A stretch of 64,000 nt of DNA, taken from assembly GCA_044222185.1 (NCBI GenBank), contig JBGANV010000003.1, forward strand, positions 736,001-800,000, in the 5' to 3' direction. The notes beneath the pieces were generated by a model. It had not been told where the DNA came from. It did not search any database and saw only the letters and a list, made by a program, of their open reading frames with translations. Of the stretch, positions 9,145 to 18,784 are shown piece after piece. Position numbers and translations under genes: made by a program. How positions within the stretch are numbered: the stretch's first letter is position 1; each line of letters starts with the position of its first letter. The stretch is from Planctomycetota bacterium (GTDB lineage: Bacteria; Planctomycetota; GCA-002687715; CAIWVZ01).

Positions 9145-12048
9145 ATGAATAGCCAAGGCTGCGTGAGTCACGGTCCGCCTTCGACCGAGGAACCGAATGA
9201 CCGGAAACTCCCTGCAGATCCGAGACGCCGCGGATCGTGCATGCTCGCCGGGCTGGTGTGCCTGATCGTGCATACGGCCGTTGCGCAGACGTGCGCTCCG
9301 GGCTGGGCGACTGGGCCGGGGACACTCGGTGGCGTCGGCGGCACCGTGTACACGTCGACGACCTGGGATCCCGACGGACCCGGACCCACGGTCCCAATCC
9401 CCGTCTTGGGAGGAGGCTTCGGCGTCGCATTTGGTTCCCCCTCCGGCAACAGCTGGTATCTGAATGGTCCAGTGCACCAGGCCAACGTGTCGGCGTTCGC
9501 GTGCGTCGACTTCGACGGGCCTGGACCGGCACCATGCGAGCTGGTGGCCGCCGGGTGGTTCGTCGACCCCGCCGTTGGATCAGCGCCGCTCGCCCGATGG
9601 GACGGAACGCGATGGCTCCTCTTCGGCGCTGATCTCATCACCCCAACGCCTACGTCGTTCGCAGACATCAATGGCCTGTGCGCGTGGGACCCCGACGGCA
9701 GCGGCCCGGGCACCGAGGTGCTCATCGTCGCCGGAGATTTCATCGCGCCGTGCACTCCGCCCGGGTTCGGAGTCGCAGCGTACTCGGGCGCCTGGGCGCC
9801 GCTGTCACCAAATGCCAGCGGTGGCACCACGCAAGGGACAGTCGGGATGGCGGTCGCGACGTGGGACGACGACGGCACCGGCCCGCACGCGCCCGGCCTC
9901 GTGCTGTCCGAAACGAACCCCTTCACGATCCCCAACACGAACCGCGTGACGTTCTGGTTGGCCGGACAATCGACCGTTCTTGCAGGCGCATTCAATGCCG
10001 CGGTGCAGACCTTCGCGGCGTTCGACGAGGACGGAATCGGTCCGCAGCCGCCACGACTCTTCGCCGCGGGTACGTTCGCGGGCGTGAACGGCCAGTTAGT
10101 GCCTGGATTCGCGCGCTGGAACGGGGCGAATTGGGGCACGCCACCAGCCGGCCCGTCGCCCACGACGGGGGTTGCGTGCATGCTGGCATTCGACCTCGAC
10201 GGTCCGGGGCCGCTACCCGAGCAGCTGGTTGTGGGAGGACGAGCCACCGCGGCGAACGGAGGTTTGACGGTCAGCACCACCGCGCTCGGGCCGTCGGGCT
10301 GGACGTCCGTCGGATCGGGGTTCGGCTCGGCCGGTCCAGGCTCAACACCGGGATCCGTGAATACCCTCGTGTCCATCGACATCGACGGGATAGGGCCGGC
10401 GGCGCCCCGTCTGCTTGCGGCCGGTGCATTCGACGACGTGAACGGTCACCACGGCCAATCCGTCGCGATCTGGGGGACGGGCACATGGGGAACGACGGGC
10501 ACGGGTCCGAACACTCCACCGAACGCACTATCGGTCTTCGATCCGGACGGCACAGGCCCAGGCCCATCGAAGCTCTACATCTCCTCCCCGCCGCTGACGA
10601 CGTTCGGCAACTTTCCAACCGACATCCTCGCCTGGGATGGAAGCTCGTTTCAGTCACTGTCAGCGACGCCCACGGGGCTCATCCACGATCTGCTGAACGC
10701 GGACATCGACGGGCCGGGTCCGATTCCAGCCCGGCTGTATGCCTCGGGACGGTTTGGCTCCAGTCCCTTGCCTCAGTTCCAACACGTAGTCGAGGCATTC
10801 GACGGAACGACGTGGACGCCGCTGCCGACGTCGACCACCACGTTGTGCCGCGCCATGACGATGTATGACGACGATGGACCGGGGCCCAACCCCGCGAGAC
10901 TGACCACGGCCGGAACGGGCACGCCCGCGTCTTACGACGGATCCAGCTGGACACCTCTGGGCGTGACTGGCCCGAACGGAACGATCAACACGCTCAGCGC
11001 GTTCGACGACGACGGCCCCGGCCCGGGTCTGCCCCTGCTCTATGCTGCCGGGGGATTCACGAACATTGCAGGGCTCACCACCAACTCCATCATGCGGTGG
11101 AACGGTTTTTACTGGTGGACAGTTGGCGCCGGCCTGTTCGTCAATCCCGGCGGCGGCGTTCCCGGGACCGCGAACGCCATGGTCGATTACGACCCCGACG
11201 GGCCCGGCCCGCTGCCACACATGCTCGTCGTCGGGGGAGTATTCGGGGGTGCGGGAAGCCTCGCGGCCATCGGGATTGCCGCGTGGAATGGCACCGCCTG
11301 GTCGAACGCCTTCGGTAACGTGATGCAGGCCAACGGCAACTACGGAACGATCTCCGCTCTCGCGGTCGTCGACTTGGATTCGAATCCCACGACGCCTGGA
11401 GAACTCGTGGCCACCGGCGACTTCATCTCGATCGGGGGTGTCGCCGCGGCGTCGATCGCGCATTGGGATGGGTTCAATTGGTCCGCATTCGGATCGGGGC
11501 TCGGCGGCGCCACTGCAGCGCCCTATTTCCCATATCAACAGATCCTGCTCCCCGGCGGCAACGACATCGCGGTCTACGACGAGGATGGAACCGGAGCCGG
11601 CAACCCGGGCATGTATGTTTCGGGCGTATTCGTGACGGCCGGTGGTCATGCCTCCACGTATCTCGCGCGCTGGGGCGTCGACCCGAGCACGAGCCTCTCT
11701 CTTGCGACGGCGGGCCCGGGAACGGCACTGTCGATCATGACGTCGGCGTGCGTCGGGTTCTCGCACGCCTTCACGGCCTTCAGTCTGGATCCGAGCAACG
11801 CCCTGAGCCCAGGCACGGGACCCTGGTTCGGGCTCCACATCAGCGTGAACGACCTCGTCGCGCAGTATCAGTTCGCGAGTCCGCCGTTCGTCGGGACGCT
11901 CGACGCGTTCGGCCTCTCATCTTCCGTCGTTCCTGCTGCCACGATCGCACCGCTGGTCGGGCAGAACCTCTTCGCCGTAAGCGTCCTCTACGATCCCTCC
12001 ACTCTGACGGCCTTCGGCGTTTCTCCGGTGGCCTTCGTCCAACTGTGA
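9145..12048 (+). CDS. Large secreted beta-propeller repeat protein (14 DxDGxGP repeats); tandem paralogue of 6215..9046
   Basis: Collinear repeats; shared N-terminal QTC-x-PGW...TLGG; shared C-terminal domain (SLDP..N...GPWFGLHI...PFxGTL). Confidence 0.85.
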   Translation: MNSQGCVSHGPPSTEEPNDRKLPADPRRRGSCMLAGLVCLIVHTAVAQTCAPGWATGPGTLGGVGGTVYTSTTWDPDGPGPTVPIPVLGGGFGVAFGSPSGNSWYLNGPVHQANVSAFACVDFDGPGPAPCELVAAGWFVDPAVGSAPLARWDGTRWLLFGADLITPTPTSFADINGLCAWDPDGSGPGTEVLIVAGDFIAPCTPPGFGVAAYSGAWAPLSPNASGGTTQGTVGMAVATWDDDGTGPHAPGLVLSETNPFTIPNTNRVTFWLAGQSTVLAGAFNAAVQTFAAFDEDGIGPQPPRLFAAGTFAGVNGQLVPGFARWNGANWGTPPAGPSPTTGVACMLAFDLDGPGPLPEQLVVGGRATAANGGLTVSTTALGPSGWTSVGSGFGSAGPGSTPGSVNTLVSIDIDGIGPAAPRLLAAGAFDDVNGHHGQSVAIWGTGTWGTTGTGPNTPPNALSVFDPDGTGPGPSKLYISSPPLTTFGNFPTDILAWDGSSFQSLSATPTGLIHDLLNADIDGPGPIPARLYASGRFGSSPLPQFQHVVEAFDGTTWTPLPTSTTTLCRAMTMYDDDGPGPNPARLTTAGTGTPASYDGSSWTPLGVTGPNGTINTLSAFDDDGPGPGLPLLYAAGGFTNIAGLTTNSIMRWNGFYWWTVGAGLFVNPGGGVPGTANAMVDYDPDGPGPLPHMLVVGGVFGGAGSLAAIGIAAWNGTAWSNAFGNVMQANGNYGTISALAVVDLDSNPTTPGELVATGDFISIGGVAAASIAHWDGFNWSAFGSGLGGATAAPYFPYQQILLPGGNDIAVYDEDGTGAGNPGMYVSGVFVTAGGHASTYLARWGVDPSTSLSLATAGPGTALSIMTSACVGFSHAFTAFSLDPSNALSPGTGPWFGLHISVNDLVAQYQFASPPFVGTLDAFGLSSSVVPAATIAPLVGQNLFAVSVLYDPSTLTAFGVSPVAFVQL

Positions 12049-12151
12049 TCGCGCAGCGGCTCGGTGCCGCCAGCCCGCGTATGGCCGGCGACGCCGACGC
12101 AGCGGCCCTCGGCCGCAGCCGAATCGCCGCCGCTCTACCGGTCCGCCCGGA

Positions 12152-13357
12152 TCACGGCTCGAAACGAGCGTCGTAGATCTCGTTGGGAACGAGCTCGGGC
12201 ACGCCGTCGAGCTGGATCGTCGCGAGGCGGCCCCAAGGCGGTGTCGTGAGCACGGCCTTCAACCGCGCGGGCGCGGGCTCGAGGCGCGGAGCGACGGCGA
12301 TGACGGTGCCATGCAGCCGCTCGCCCACGTGGTCGTGCGGGCGCAGTGCGACCTTGACCCCCGTCTTCACGGTCGTGAGCTGGTTGTAGGTGACGTAGGC
12401 GACGACGCGGCCCGGCCGCGACACGACGATCGTCGCGACGGGCACGCCCGTCGCAACCCACTCGCCACCGTGATGCGACACGCTGGCGACGACGCCCGCC
12501 GCGGGCGCCCTCACGACGCACCGCTCTCGCCGCGCTGCAAGCTCGGCGAGCCGTAGGTCGATCACTCGAAGCTCGAGCTCGAGCGGTTCGAGCCGAGAGG
12601 TCACCTCGGGAACCGGAATCGTCGACGGCACCGAATCCAAAGTTGCGTTCGACCGTGCCCGCATCCCCTCGATGGCGACCGTCCGCCGCGCGATCCGCGC
12701 GGCGAGCGCCGCCCGCCTCAGCGAGAGATCGGCCAGGCGGTCCGAGGTGGATGCGCCCGGGGTCGACAGCGCCAGCCGCGAGATCTCGCCTCCGAGCGCC
12801 GCCGCCTCGGCCTCGTCTGCGGCTTGATCGACCTCGTGCCGGTCGAGTTCGCCACGGAGCGCCTCGACGTCGAGGGCGCGCGCGCGCCGGCGTTCCTCCG
12901 CGCCCGCAAGCCGGTCGGCCGATTCGACGCGCCACGCCTCGGCCTGCGCTCGGATCATGGCCCGAACCCGCTCCCCGTCGGCCTTGGTCACGGCGATCTG
13001 GCCGTCGACATCCTGCGTGTCGAGCTGCGCCAGGACGTCCCCCGGCTTCACCGCGAGACCCGTCTCGGCGTCCACGTGGACCAATCGACCTTCGATCGCG
13101 GGCGCGACCTGCAGCTCGACCGTGTCCGCGAACGCGAGCGCGTCCCCGCGAACGCCCTCGACGAGCCAAAGCCTCGCTCCGGCCACGGCGGCAGTCGCCC
13201 AGATCGCAAACGGCGCGACCCGACGAATGCCGGCGATGATGCGGCCGCGCGCCGGAATCGCCGGCGGCGGCTGGACCCGAAACGCCCCCGAATCGGCGAC
13301 CGGCGATCGGACCGGTGCGCCGGTCCCGGCTCCGCCCGCGCTCTTCGTCGCGCTCAT
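12152..13357 (-). CDS. HlyD-family membrane fusion / secretion adaptor protein
   Basis: N-terminal TM; lipoyl half-motifs (VAPAIEGRL...VKPGDVLAQLD; VRAPAAGVV...GEWVATGVPVATI); long coiled coil. Overlaps the upstream gene (ATGA). Confidence 0.85.
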   Translation of the reverse strand: MSATKSAGGAGTGAPVRSPVADSGAFRVQPPPAIPARGRIIAGIRRVAPFAIWATAAVAGARLWLVEGVRGDALAFADTVELQVAPAIEGRLVHVDAETGLAVKPGDVLAQLDTQDVDGQIAVTKADGERVRAMIRAQAEAWRVESADRLAGAEERRRARALDVEALRGELDRHEVDQAADEAEAAALGGEISRLALSTPGASTSDRLADLSLRRAALAARIARRTVAIEGMRARSNATLDSVPSTIPVPEVTSRLEPLELELRVIDLRLAELAARRERCVVRAPAAGVVASVSHHGGEWVATGVPVATIVVSRPGRVVAYVTYNQLTTVKTGVKVALRPHDHVGERLHGTVIAVAPRLEPAPARLKAVLTTPPWGRLATIQLDGVPELVPNEIYDARFEP

Positions 13358-14040
13358 ACCTCCACCGCCTGATCCTGCATGAGGATCGCCACACCGTCCA
13401 CCTTCGGGACGGTGCGCAACGCCGCGACCAGCGCCGCGTTCAACGACGTGTCGCGAAGCCGGACCTGGTAGGCGCGCTCCATCACCCGGCCTTGCGCCAG
13501 CTCGCGCAGGTTCACGAGGATGAAGTTCGAGCAGTACTGCTGGAGCACGGATCGACAGTGCTCATCGACCTCCGGATCGGGCGGCGTCTGGAAGCGCAGC
13601 AGGCCATCGAATGCTCGGCGGGAACCGAAGTCAGAGAAGCTGATCCACAACGAGGCGAGGCAGAAGATGACGGATCCGATCAACGCGACGACGTAGGTCT
13701 GCACGCCGCACGCGATGCCGATCGCGAGACACGCGAAGACGAACGCCATGTCGCGCGTGTCGCGGAGCGTCGCGCGATATCGGACGAGGGCGAGCGTCCC
13801 GAGCAAGCCGAGGCCGCGCGCCACGTTGTTGCCGATGGCGAGCATCAGCATGGTGCTCACGAGCCCCGTCATCACGAGCGAGTGGACGAATCCGCGGGAG
13901 TACGACAGCCCACGGTAGGTCCACGCATAGACGGCGGCGCACATCTGGCAGAACACGAACGAGGCGATCATCGCGAGGACGACCGACTGCCAGGTCATGC
14001 CGGGTTCGTATCGAAGGAAATCGTCGAGGAATGACTGCAT
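13354..14040 (-). CDS. DUF4956-type membrane protein
   Basis: Hydrophobic N-terminal part with IGNNVARGLGLLGTLALVRYR...DTRD and GIACG, then a small soluble C-terminal domain; sits next to a VTC gene, as is usual for this family. Confidence 0.85.
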   Translation of the reverse strand: MQSFLDDFLRYEPGMTWQSVVLAMIASFVFCQMCAAVYAWTYRGLSYSRGFVHSLVMTGLVSTMLMLAIGNNVARGLGLLGTLALVRYRATLRDTRDMAFVFACLAIGIACGVQTYVVALIGSVIFCLASLWISFSDFGSRRAFDGLLRFQTPPDPEVDEHCRSVLQQYCSNFILVNLRELAQGRVMERAYQVRLRDTSLNAALVAALRTVPKVDGVAILMQDQAVEV

Positions 14041-14049
14041 CGTCGTCGG

Positions 14050-14832
14050 TCAGAGGAAGGGGTTGGGACGCCAGAGCGATGGGAGTCCGACGCGAACCCC
14101 ATCCATCAGGTGTCGGATGCACTCGAAGTACTTGGACGCGTTGGTGCGCACGAGCTCGAGCGTGCGCACGAGGTCGAACATCCACACGGGCACGTGGCGC
14201 GTGAACTTCAGCTCGATGAGGACGCCCGCGGGAAACCCGGCGACTTCGAGCCCGGTGTCGAGGTACTGCCAGTTGCCTGGCTCGCCACGGAGGTCGAAGC
14301 CGCAAGCCGGCTGGAACCGAACGCCTCGATCGAAGGTCAGTCGCGCGTAGTCACCGAAGGCGCTCTCGTAGGCTTCGCGCTCATAACGGATCAGCACCTT
14401 CGGCTCGGCACCGTGCCGTACGGCCTTGTGCTGAAAGTCGGCGAGATGGATGGCGTTTTCGCCGCCCGCGTCGGGATCGATCACGCCTCTCACCCGGGCG
14501 TCATATTCGGCGCGCGGACATCGACCGCGAGTCTTGACGACGACGTCTTTCAGCTTGCGCTTGACTTCGAAGAAGATCGGGCCGTCGGCATCGGCCCCGT
14601 AGGTTCGCACGCGCAGCTTGTACCGATCCATCGAACCGGCCGCCTGGCGGTGCCACAACGCGAAATCCGGTGAATCGAGGTAGAGGTTCGTGATCGTGTA
14701 GGCCCCTTCGTCGCGCGTGCCGGCCTCGGCGTCGTGCACCACGTAGGGCGCAATGAAGCGCCGGATTCGATCGACCCGGCTCTCGGGCACGAAGTACTTG
14801 TATTCGAAGCGCTCGAAGCGGACGGATGTCAT
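14050..14832 (-). CDS. VTC-domain (polyphosphate polymerase, CYTH-like) protein
   Basis: RFEYKY (ExK motif), ITNLYLD, KLRVRTY, FFEVKRK, YEREAY, RLTFD, LIELKF, SKY. Confidence 0.9.
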   Translation of the reverse strand: MTSVRFERFEYKYFVPESRVDRIRRFIAPYVVHDAEAGTRDEGAYTITNLYLDSPDFALWHRQAAGSMDRYKLRVRTYGADADGPIFFEVKRKLKDVVVKTRGRCPRAEYDARVRGVIDPDAGGENAIHLADFQHKAVRHGAEPKVLIRYEREAYESAFGDYARLTFDRGVRFQPACGFDLRGEPGNWQYLDTGLEVAGFPAGVLIELKFTRHVPVWMFDLVRTLELVRTNASKYFECIRHLMDGVRVGLPSLWRPNPFL

Positions 14833-15201
14833 GGAAGGGTGGTGGCGACGCGGGCAGTCTCGGACCGGGCCGAAAGGATAGACGAACTCCTCGGCGACTT
14901 CGCGGGATTCTCCCCGCGCAGTACCGCGGTCCTACCCGCATCGCAGGCCCGGTCGCCGCACGCGACGCGCCTTGGCGCGGCCACGGAACCCGAGTCACTC
15001 ACAGGAACAGCGGGGATTCGCGCGAGTTCCGCTTGGTGGTAAGGACGTTGGATCCGCCGCGGGGGAACGTGACGCCGCGCGTCGACGCGCGCCGTTGCGA
15101 GCCAGCCGCCACCGCGCCACCGATTCCGCGGTCGGACTCCCTCGCAGTCTGGGAGCGGCCGTCACCGCAGTCCGCCCGGTGAGGCCCCTCGCACGCGAGC
15201 G

Positions 15202-15229
15202 TTGACGCCCGCGCAGGCCCCACTAAACT
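15202..15229 (+). promoter_or_regulatory. Putative sigma70 promoter
   Basis: TTGACG-N16-TAAACT upstream of 15282. Confidence 0.5.
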
Positions 15230-15281
15230 GTCGCCCTCGAGTTCGCGTCGATGGCGAACTCGCACATGCGTGGAGAGCGAC

Positions 15282-16019
15282 ATGCCAGCGAATGAACAGG
15301 ATGACCGAGGCGCCAACCTCGGCGAGCGACCGGACGGGGCTGCACCCGTCGAGCCGACCGAAGCCATCGAAGGCGAGACGGGTGACCCAGCGGTCCTGAC
15401 GGACGCGCCCGTCGCCACGTGCTGCACCGCGCCAAACCCGAGCACGATCAAACCGTGTGCGCTCTGCCAGGCGCCCGTCTGTTCGCGCTGCCGGACCTAC
15501 GCCAACACGAAGGCCGTCTGTCAGACGTGTGCCGCATCCATCCAGGCCGAACTCGCCGCCGAGAAAGCCGGGGTGCTCCACATGCCAGGTGCGATCCTGG
15601 GCGGATTCATCGCTGCACTCGTCGGTGCCGGCGCCTGGGCGGCGATCACGATCATCACGAACCTGCAGATCGGGTACGTCGCCGTCGGCGTGGGGTTCCT
15701 CGCGGGACTCGGAACGTTCATCGGTGCAGGGAAGAAGAAGGGCGCGCCGCTCCAGGCCGTCGCCGCGGCGTGCGCGGCCCTGGGCCTCATCGTCGGCAAG
15801 TACTTCATCTACGCCCATTTCATCGTCGAGTACGTGAACAAGAAGCAACCGGGCCGGGACCTGTCGATTCTCGACCTGAACTCCATGGTGGTCCTGAAGG
15901 AGTGCGTCCTCACGCTCAAGGAGCCCATGGACCTCCTGTTCCTGGCCCTCGCGTTCGTCGCGGCGATCAAGGTCGTCCGTCCTCAGCGCGTGTCCATGCG
16001 CTCGGTGGGGCGCCGCTGA
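15282..16019 (+). CDS. Membrane protein with N-terminal Cys-rich (B-box-like) zinc finger
   Basis: GGAG RBS; CC...CALC...CSRC...CQTC followed by about four TM helices; stop is 1 nt before the next start. Confidence 0.75.
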   Translation: MPANEQDDRGANLGERPDGAAPVEPTEAIEGETGDPAVLTDAPVATCCTAPNPSTIKPCALCQAPVCSRCRTYANTKAVCQTCAASIQAELAAEKAGVLHMPGAILGGFIAALVGAGAWAAITIITNLQIGYVAVGVGFLAGLGTFIGAGKKKGAPLQAVAAACAALGLIVGKYFIYAHFIVEYVNKKQPGRDLSILDLNSMVVLKECVLTLKEPMDLLFLALAFVAAIKVVRPQRVSMRSVGRR

Positions 16020-16020
16020 G

Positions 16021-17010
16021 ATGGCGATGGACGAGAGCCCGCTCGCACGGCTTCGGCGGCTCGAGGGCGAGAGTACGCTGAACCGCGCCCCACCCCGGCC
16101 CCCGGGCAGCGGCGCACCTGGGCCCGGGCCGAGCCGGAGGAAGGGCGGCGTGCTCGGCGGGATCGGCGCCGTCATCCTCATCGTCCTCGTCAAGAGCAAG
16201 ACCCTGCTCCTGCTGCTGGTGACGAAAGGCAGCGCGATCCTCTCACTGCTCAAGGTGGGGAAGCTCTTCGCCACGCTGGCGACGATGGGCATCTCCATCG
16301 TCTACTACACGGAGCGCTGGGGCGCGAAGTTCGCCGCGGGATTCGTCGGCCTCATCCTCGTCCACGAACTCGGCCACGGTGCCGCCGCCAAGATCGTGGG
16401 ACTGCGCGTCGGGGCGCCGATCTTCATCCCGGGCTTCGGAGCGTTCATCTCGCTCAAGGAGCAGGTGCGTTCCACGTGGCAGAACTTCGTGATCGGGTAC
16501 GGCGGGCCGCTCGCCGGGACCCTGGGCGGCACGCTCGTGCTCGCCGCCGGGATGATGTCCGGCGATGACGAGGTCGTGAGTTTCACGCGCGCGCTCGCCG
16601 AGCTCACGTTCATCATCAACCTGTTCAATCTCCTGCCGGTCTTTCACCTGGACGGCGACCGCATCTCCGAGCCTTTGAAGACGCGCCACTGGATCACGGG
16701 GCTCGCGGCGACGTCCGTGATCGTGCTGCTGCAAGGCGCCCCAGCCGCGGACTCCGAGCGAGGCCATCCGGAGTTCGGGTTCGTCCTCCTCATCCTGATC
16801 CTGGGGGTGGTGAAGGCGATCCTCGTGCATCGCCGCGCCTCACATCCGGCGACGGTCCGGCTCGTCGATCGACTGAACGAGGCGGCTCCGGCACCGCTGC
16901 TGGAGGAAGCGACGGTCAGCGACCAACAGCGGACGATCGCCGCGCTGTCCTACTTCGGGCTCGTCGTACTGCTCTCGGCGCTCGCGCGAGCCGCAGCGCC
17001 GTACGTGTGA
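16021..17010 (+). CDS. Site-2 protease family (M50) intramembrane metalloprotease
   Basis: HELGH, GGPLAG and NLFNLLPVFHLDG motifs. Confidence 0.9.
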   Translation: MAMDESPLARLRRLEGESTLNRAPPRPPGSGAPGPGPSRRKGGVLGGIGAVILIVLVKSKTLLLLLVTKGSAILSLLKVGKLFATLATMGISIVYYTERWGAKFAAGFVGLILVHELGHGAAAKIVGLRVGAPIFIPGFGAFISLKEQVRSTWQNFVIGYGGPLAGTLGGTLVLAAGMMSGDDEVVSFTRALAELTFIINLFNLLPVFHLDGDRISEPLKTRHWITGLAATSVIVLLQGAPAADSERGHPEFGFVLLILILGVVKAILVHRRASHPATVRLVDRLNEAAPAPLLEEATVSDQQRTIAALSYFGLVVLLSALARAAAPYV

Positions 17011-17065
17011 CGTCAGACCCTGCGGATGCGCGCTTTGGGTCCTGCCCGATCGACGCGCAGTCGCG

Positions 17066-18517
17066 TCACTTCAACGCCTCGAAGAGCGCGCGTGCAGCCT
17101 CGCGAGCGACGAAGCGGTTGCCGGCCGGCGTGAGATGAACGCCGTCGCTCGTGAGCACACCCGCGGCGGCATCCTTCGCGTTGAAGACGCGCAGGTGATC
17201 CTGGAACGCGCGGCGGAGGTCGCAGACGTGGAGGTGGCGCTCCGCGGCCACACGGCGCGTGATCGCGGCATAGGTGTCGAGCGCCGCATCCAGGTCGTTC
17301 GTGCCCGCACGTTTCTCGCCGATCACCGACGGGGTGGCGAGGATCGGGACGGCGCCCGAGGCTTCGAGCCTCGAAACCAGGTCGCGCAGTCCAGACTCGA
17401 ACTCGTTCTCGGGAGTGCCCCGGCCCTGTAGCCGATGCCACACGTCGTTGATTCCGATGTAGACGAACACGACCGTGGCCCCGCGGTCGATGACGTCGTG
17501 CTGGACACGCGCAAGCAGGTTGGGCACGCGGTTGCCGCTCACGCCGGCTCCGATGACCTGGACGCCGAGGTCCGCATGCGCAGCGAAGGCCTCGGAGATC
17601 AGCGTGACGTATCCGCCGGGCCCGGCGCCGCTCTCGGTGATCGAATCGCCGAGGAATGCGATCTTCGCGCCCTTCTTCACGGGAGAGTGCGCGCCGGTGA
17701 GGAGCCCGAGCGCGCGCGCCACTCCCCCGTCTTCAGGCCGCCGCTGTCCGAACATCCACGGGATCACCCCGCCCTCGCCGTAGGCCTGACGCCACGAGTC
17801 GTGCCCGACGCTTGGAAGCTCCGTCAACCGCGCATCGCCGCCGGCGGCGTGGATCGCATCGACCATCTGACGCGAGCGCACGGGCCAGACGGTCTTGTCG
17901 TCCGAGCCGTGGAACGTCCACAGCGGCACGCCGACGAGCCGATGCGCCAGACGTTCATCGCCACCACCGCAGATCGGAGCGACGGCCGCGAACCACTCGG
18001 GATGACGGACCGCCAGATCCCACGAACCGAACCCGCCCATGCTCAATCCCGTGAGGTACACGCGGTCGAGGTCCACCGGGTTCTCGGCGATCGTGCGGGA
18101 GAGGCACTCGAGCGCGAGTTGCATGGGGAAGCTCGGCTCGGACGGCGCTGGCGTCGACACCTTCGCGTCCCAGGGAACGTCGACCCACTGCCGTCCCAAC
18201 GGACATTGAGGTGCGAGCACGAAGCACGGCCAATCGCGCCGCGCCTTCTCGCTGAGGAGCGGGCCTTTGATGTGAGTCAACGCCAGATCGGGGTCCGAGC
18301 CCCGCTCGCCCGCTCCATGCAGGAACATCACGAGGGGGTACCGACGGTTCGGTTCCAGCGCTGCGGGCGAAATCAGCACGTACGGGAACGTCTCACCGGC
18401 ATGCGGTCCGGCCTTCAACTGGATCGTGCGGCGTGACTCGGGCACCTGGGCCCGCGCGCGCATGGAAACCATGGCCATCGCCAGAAACGCGACCGCGAAC
18501 AGAGGGAGCAGGCGCAT
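17066..18517 (-). CDS. Secreted fusion of an alpha/beta-hydrolase (phospholipase/carboxylesterase type) and an SGNH/GDSL esterase
   Basis: AGGAGG RBS; signal peptide; FLHGAGERG, GLSMGG and FHGSDD...GH; then GDSIT, GVSGN, GIND and DGVH. Confidence 0.9.
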   Translation of the reverse strand: MRLLPLFAVAFLAMAMVSMRARAQVPESRRTIQLKAGPHAGETFPYVLISPAALEPNRRYPLVMFLHGAGERGSDPDLALTHIKGPLLSEKARRDWPCFVLAPQCPLGRQWVDVPWDAKVSTPAPSEPSFPMQLALECLSRTIAENPVDLDRVYLTGLSMGGFGSWDLAVRHPEWFAAVAPICGGGDERLAHRLVGVPLWTFHGSDDKTVWPVRSRQMVDAIHAAGGDARLTELPSVGHDSWRQAYGEGGVIPWMFGQRRPEDGGVARALGLLTGAHSPVKKGAKIAFLGDSITESGAGPGGYVTLISEAFAAHADLGVQVIGAGVSGNRVPNLLARVQHDVIDRGATVVFVYIGINDVWHRLQGRGTPENEFESGLRDLVSRLEASGAVPILATPSVIGEKRAGTNDLDAALDTYAAITRRVAAERHLHVCDLRRAFQDHLRVFNAKDAAAGVLTSDGVHLTPAGNRFVAREAARALFEALK

Positions 18518-18584
18518 GGCGTCCTCCTGGGTGGGGTGCGCCGACGACGGGGGGCAGGCGCCTTCCGCACACCCTCAAACAGCC

Positions 18585-18625
18585 GCGGGTTGATGCCGGC
18601 GCGGATCCGCGCGACACCAACCCGC
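18585..18625 (-). terminator. Hairpin downstream of the tRNA (possible terminator)
   Basis: GCGGGTTG...CAACCCGC inverted repeat with an inner stem, followed by TGTTT on the minus strand. Confidence 0.4.
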
Positions 18626-18630
18626 TGAGA

Positions 18631-18703
18631 TAGCGGCGACAGGACTCGAACCTGTGACCCGGGGCTTATGAATCCCCTGCTCTACCAACTGAGCTACGCC
18701 GCC
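18631..18703 (-). tRNA. tRNA-Met (CAT), probably elongator; CCA not encoded
   Basis: Reverse complement GGCGGCGTAGCTCAGTTGGTAGAGCAGGGGATTCATAAGCCCCGGGTCACAGGTTCGAGTCCTGTCGCCGCTA folds as a 73-nt cloverleaf with a CAT anticodon. No C1:A72 mismatch, so not an initiator. Confidence 0.93.
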
Positions 18704-18755
18704 GTTGTGTTGTCATCCCCCGACCTGCCGGTCATCCGGCCGCAGCGGGGACAGC

Positions 18756-18784
18756 GTTGTACGGCTCGACCCGACGAGCCTCAA
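18756..18784 (-). promoter_or_regulatory. Putative sigma70 promoter for the tRNA
   Basis: Minus strand TTGAGG-N17-TACAAC, about 50 nt upstream of the tRNA 5' end. Confidence 0.55.

Noticed and set aside
12152-13357. HlyD as part of a type I secretion system for the adjacent large repeat proteins
   Set aside because: The repeat proteins have Sec-type signal peptides and no RTX motifs, they lie on the opposite strand, and no ABC exporter is linked to this HlyD gene.
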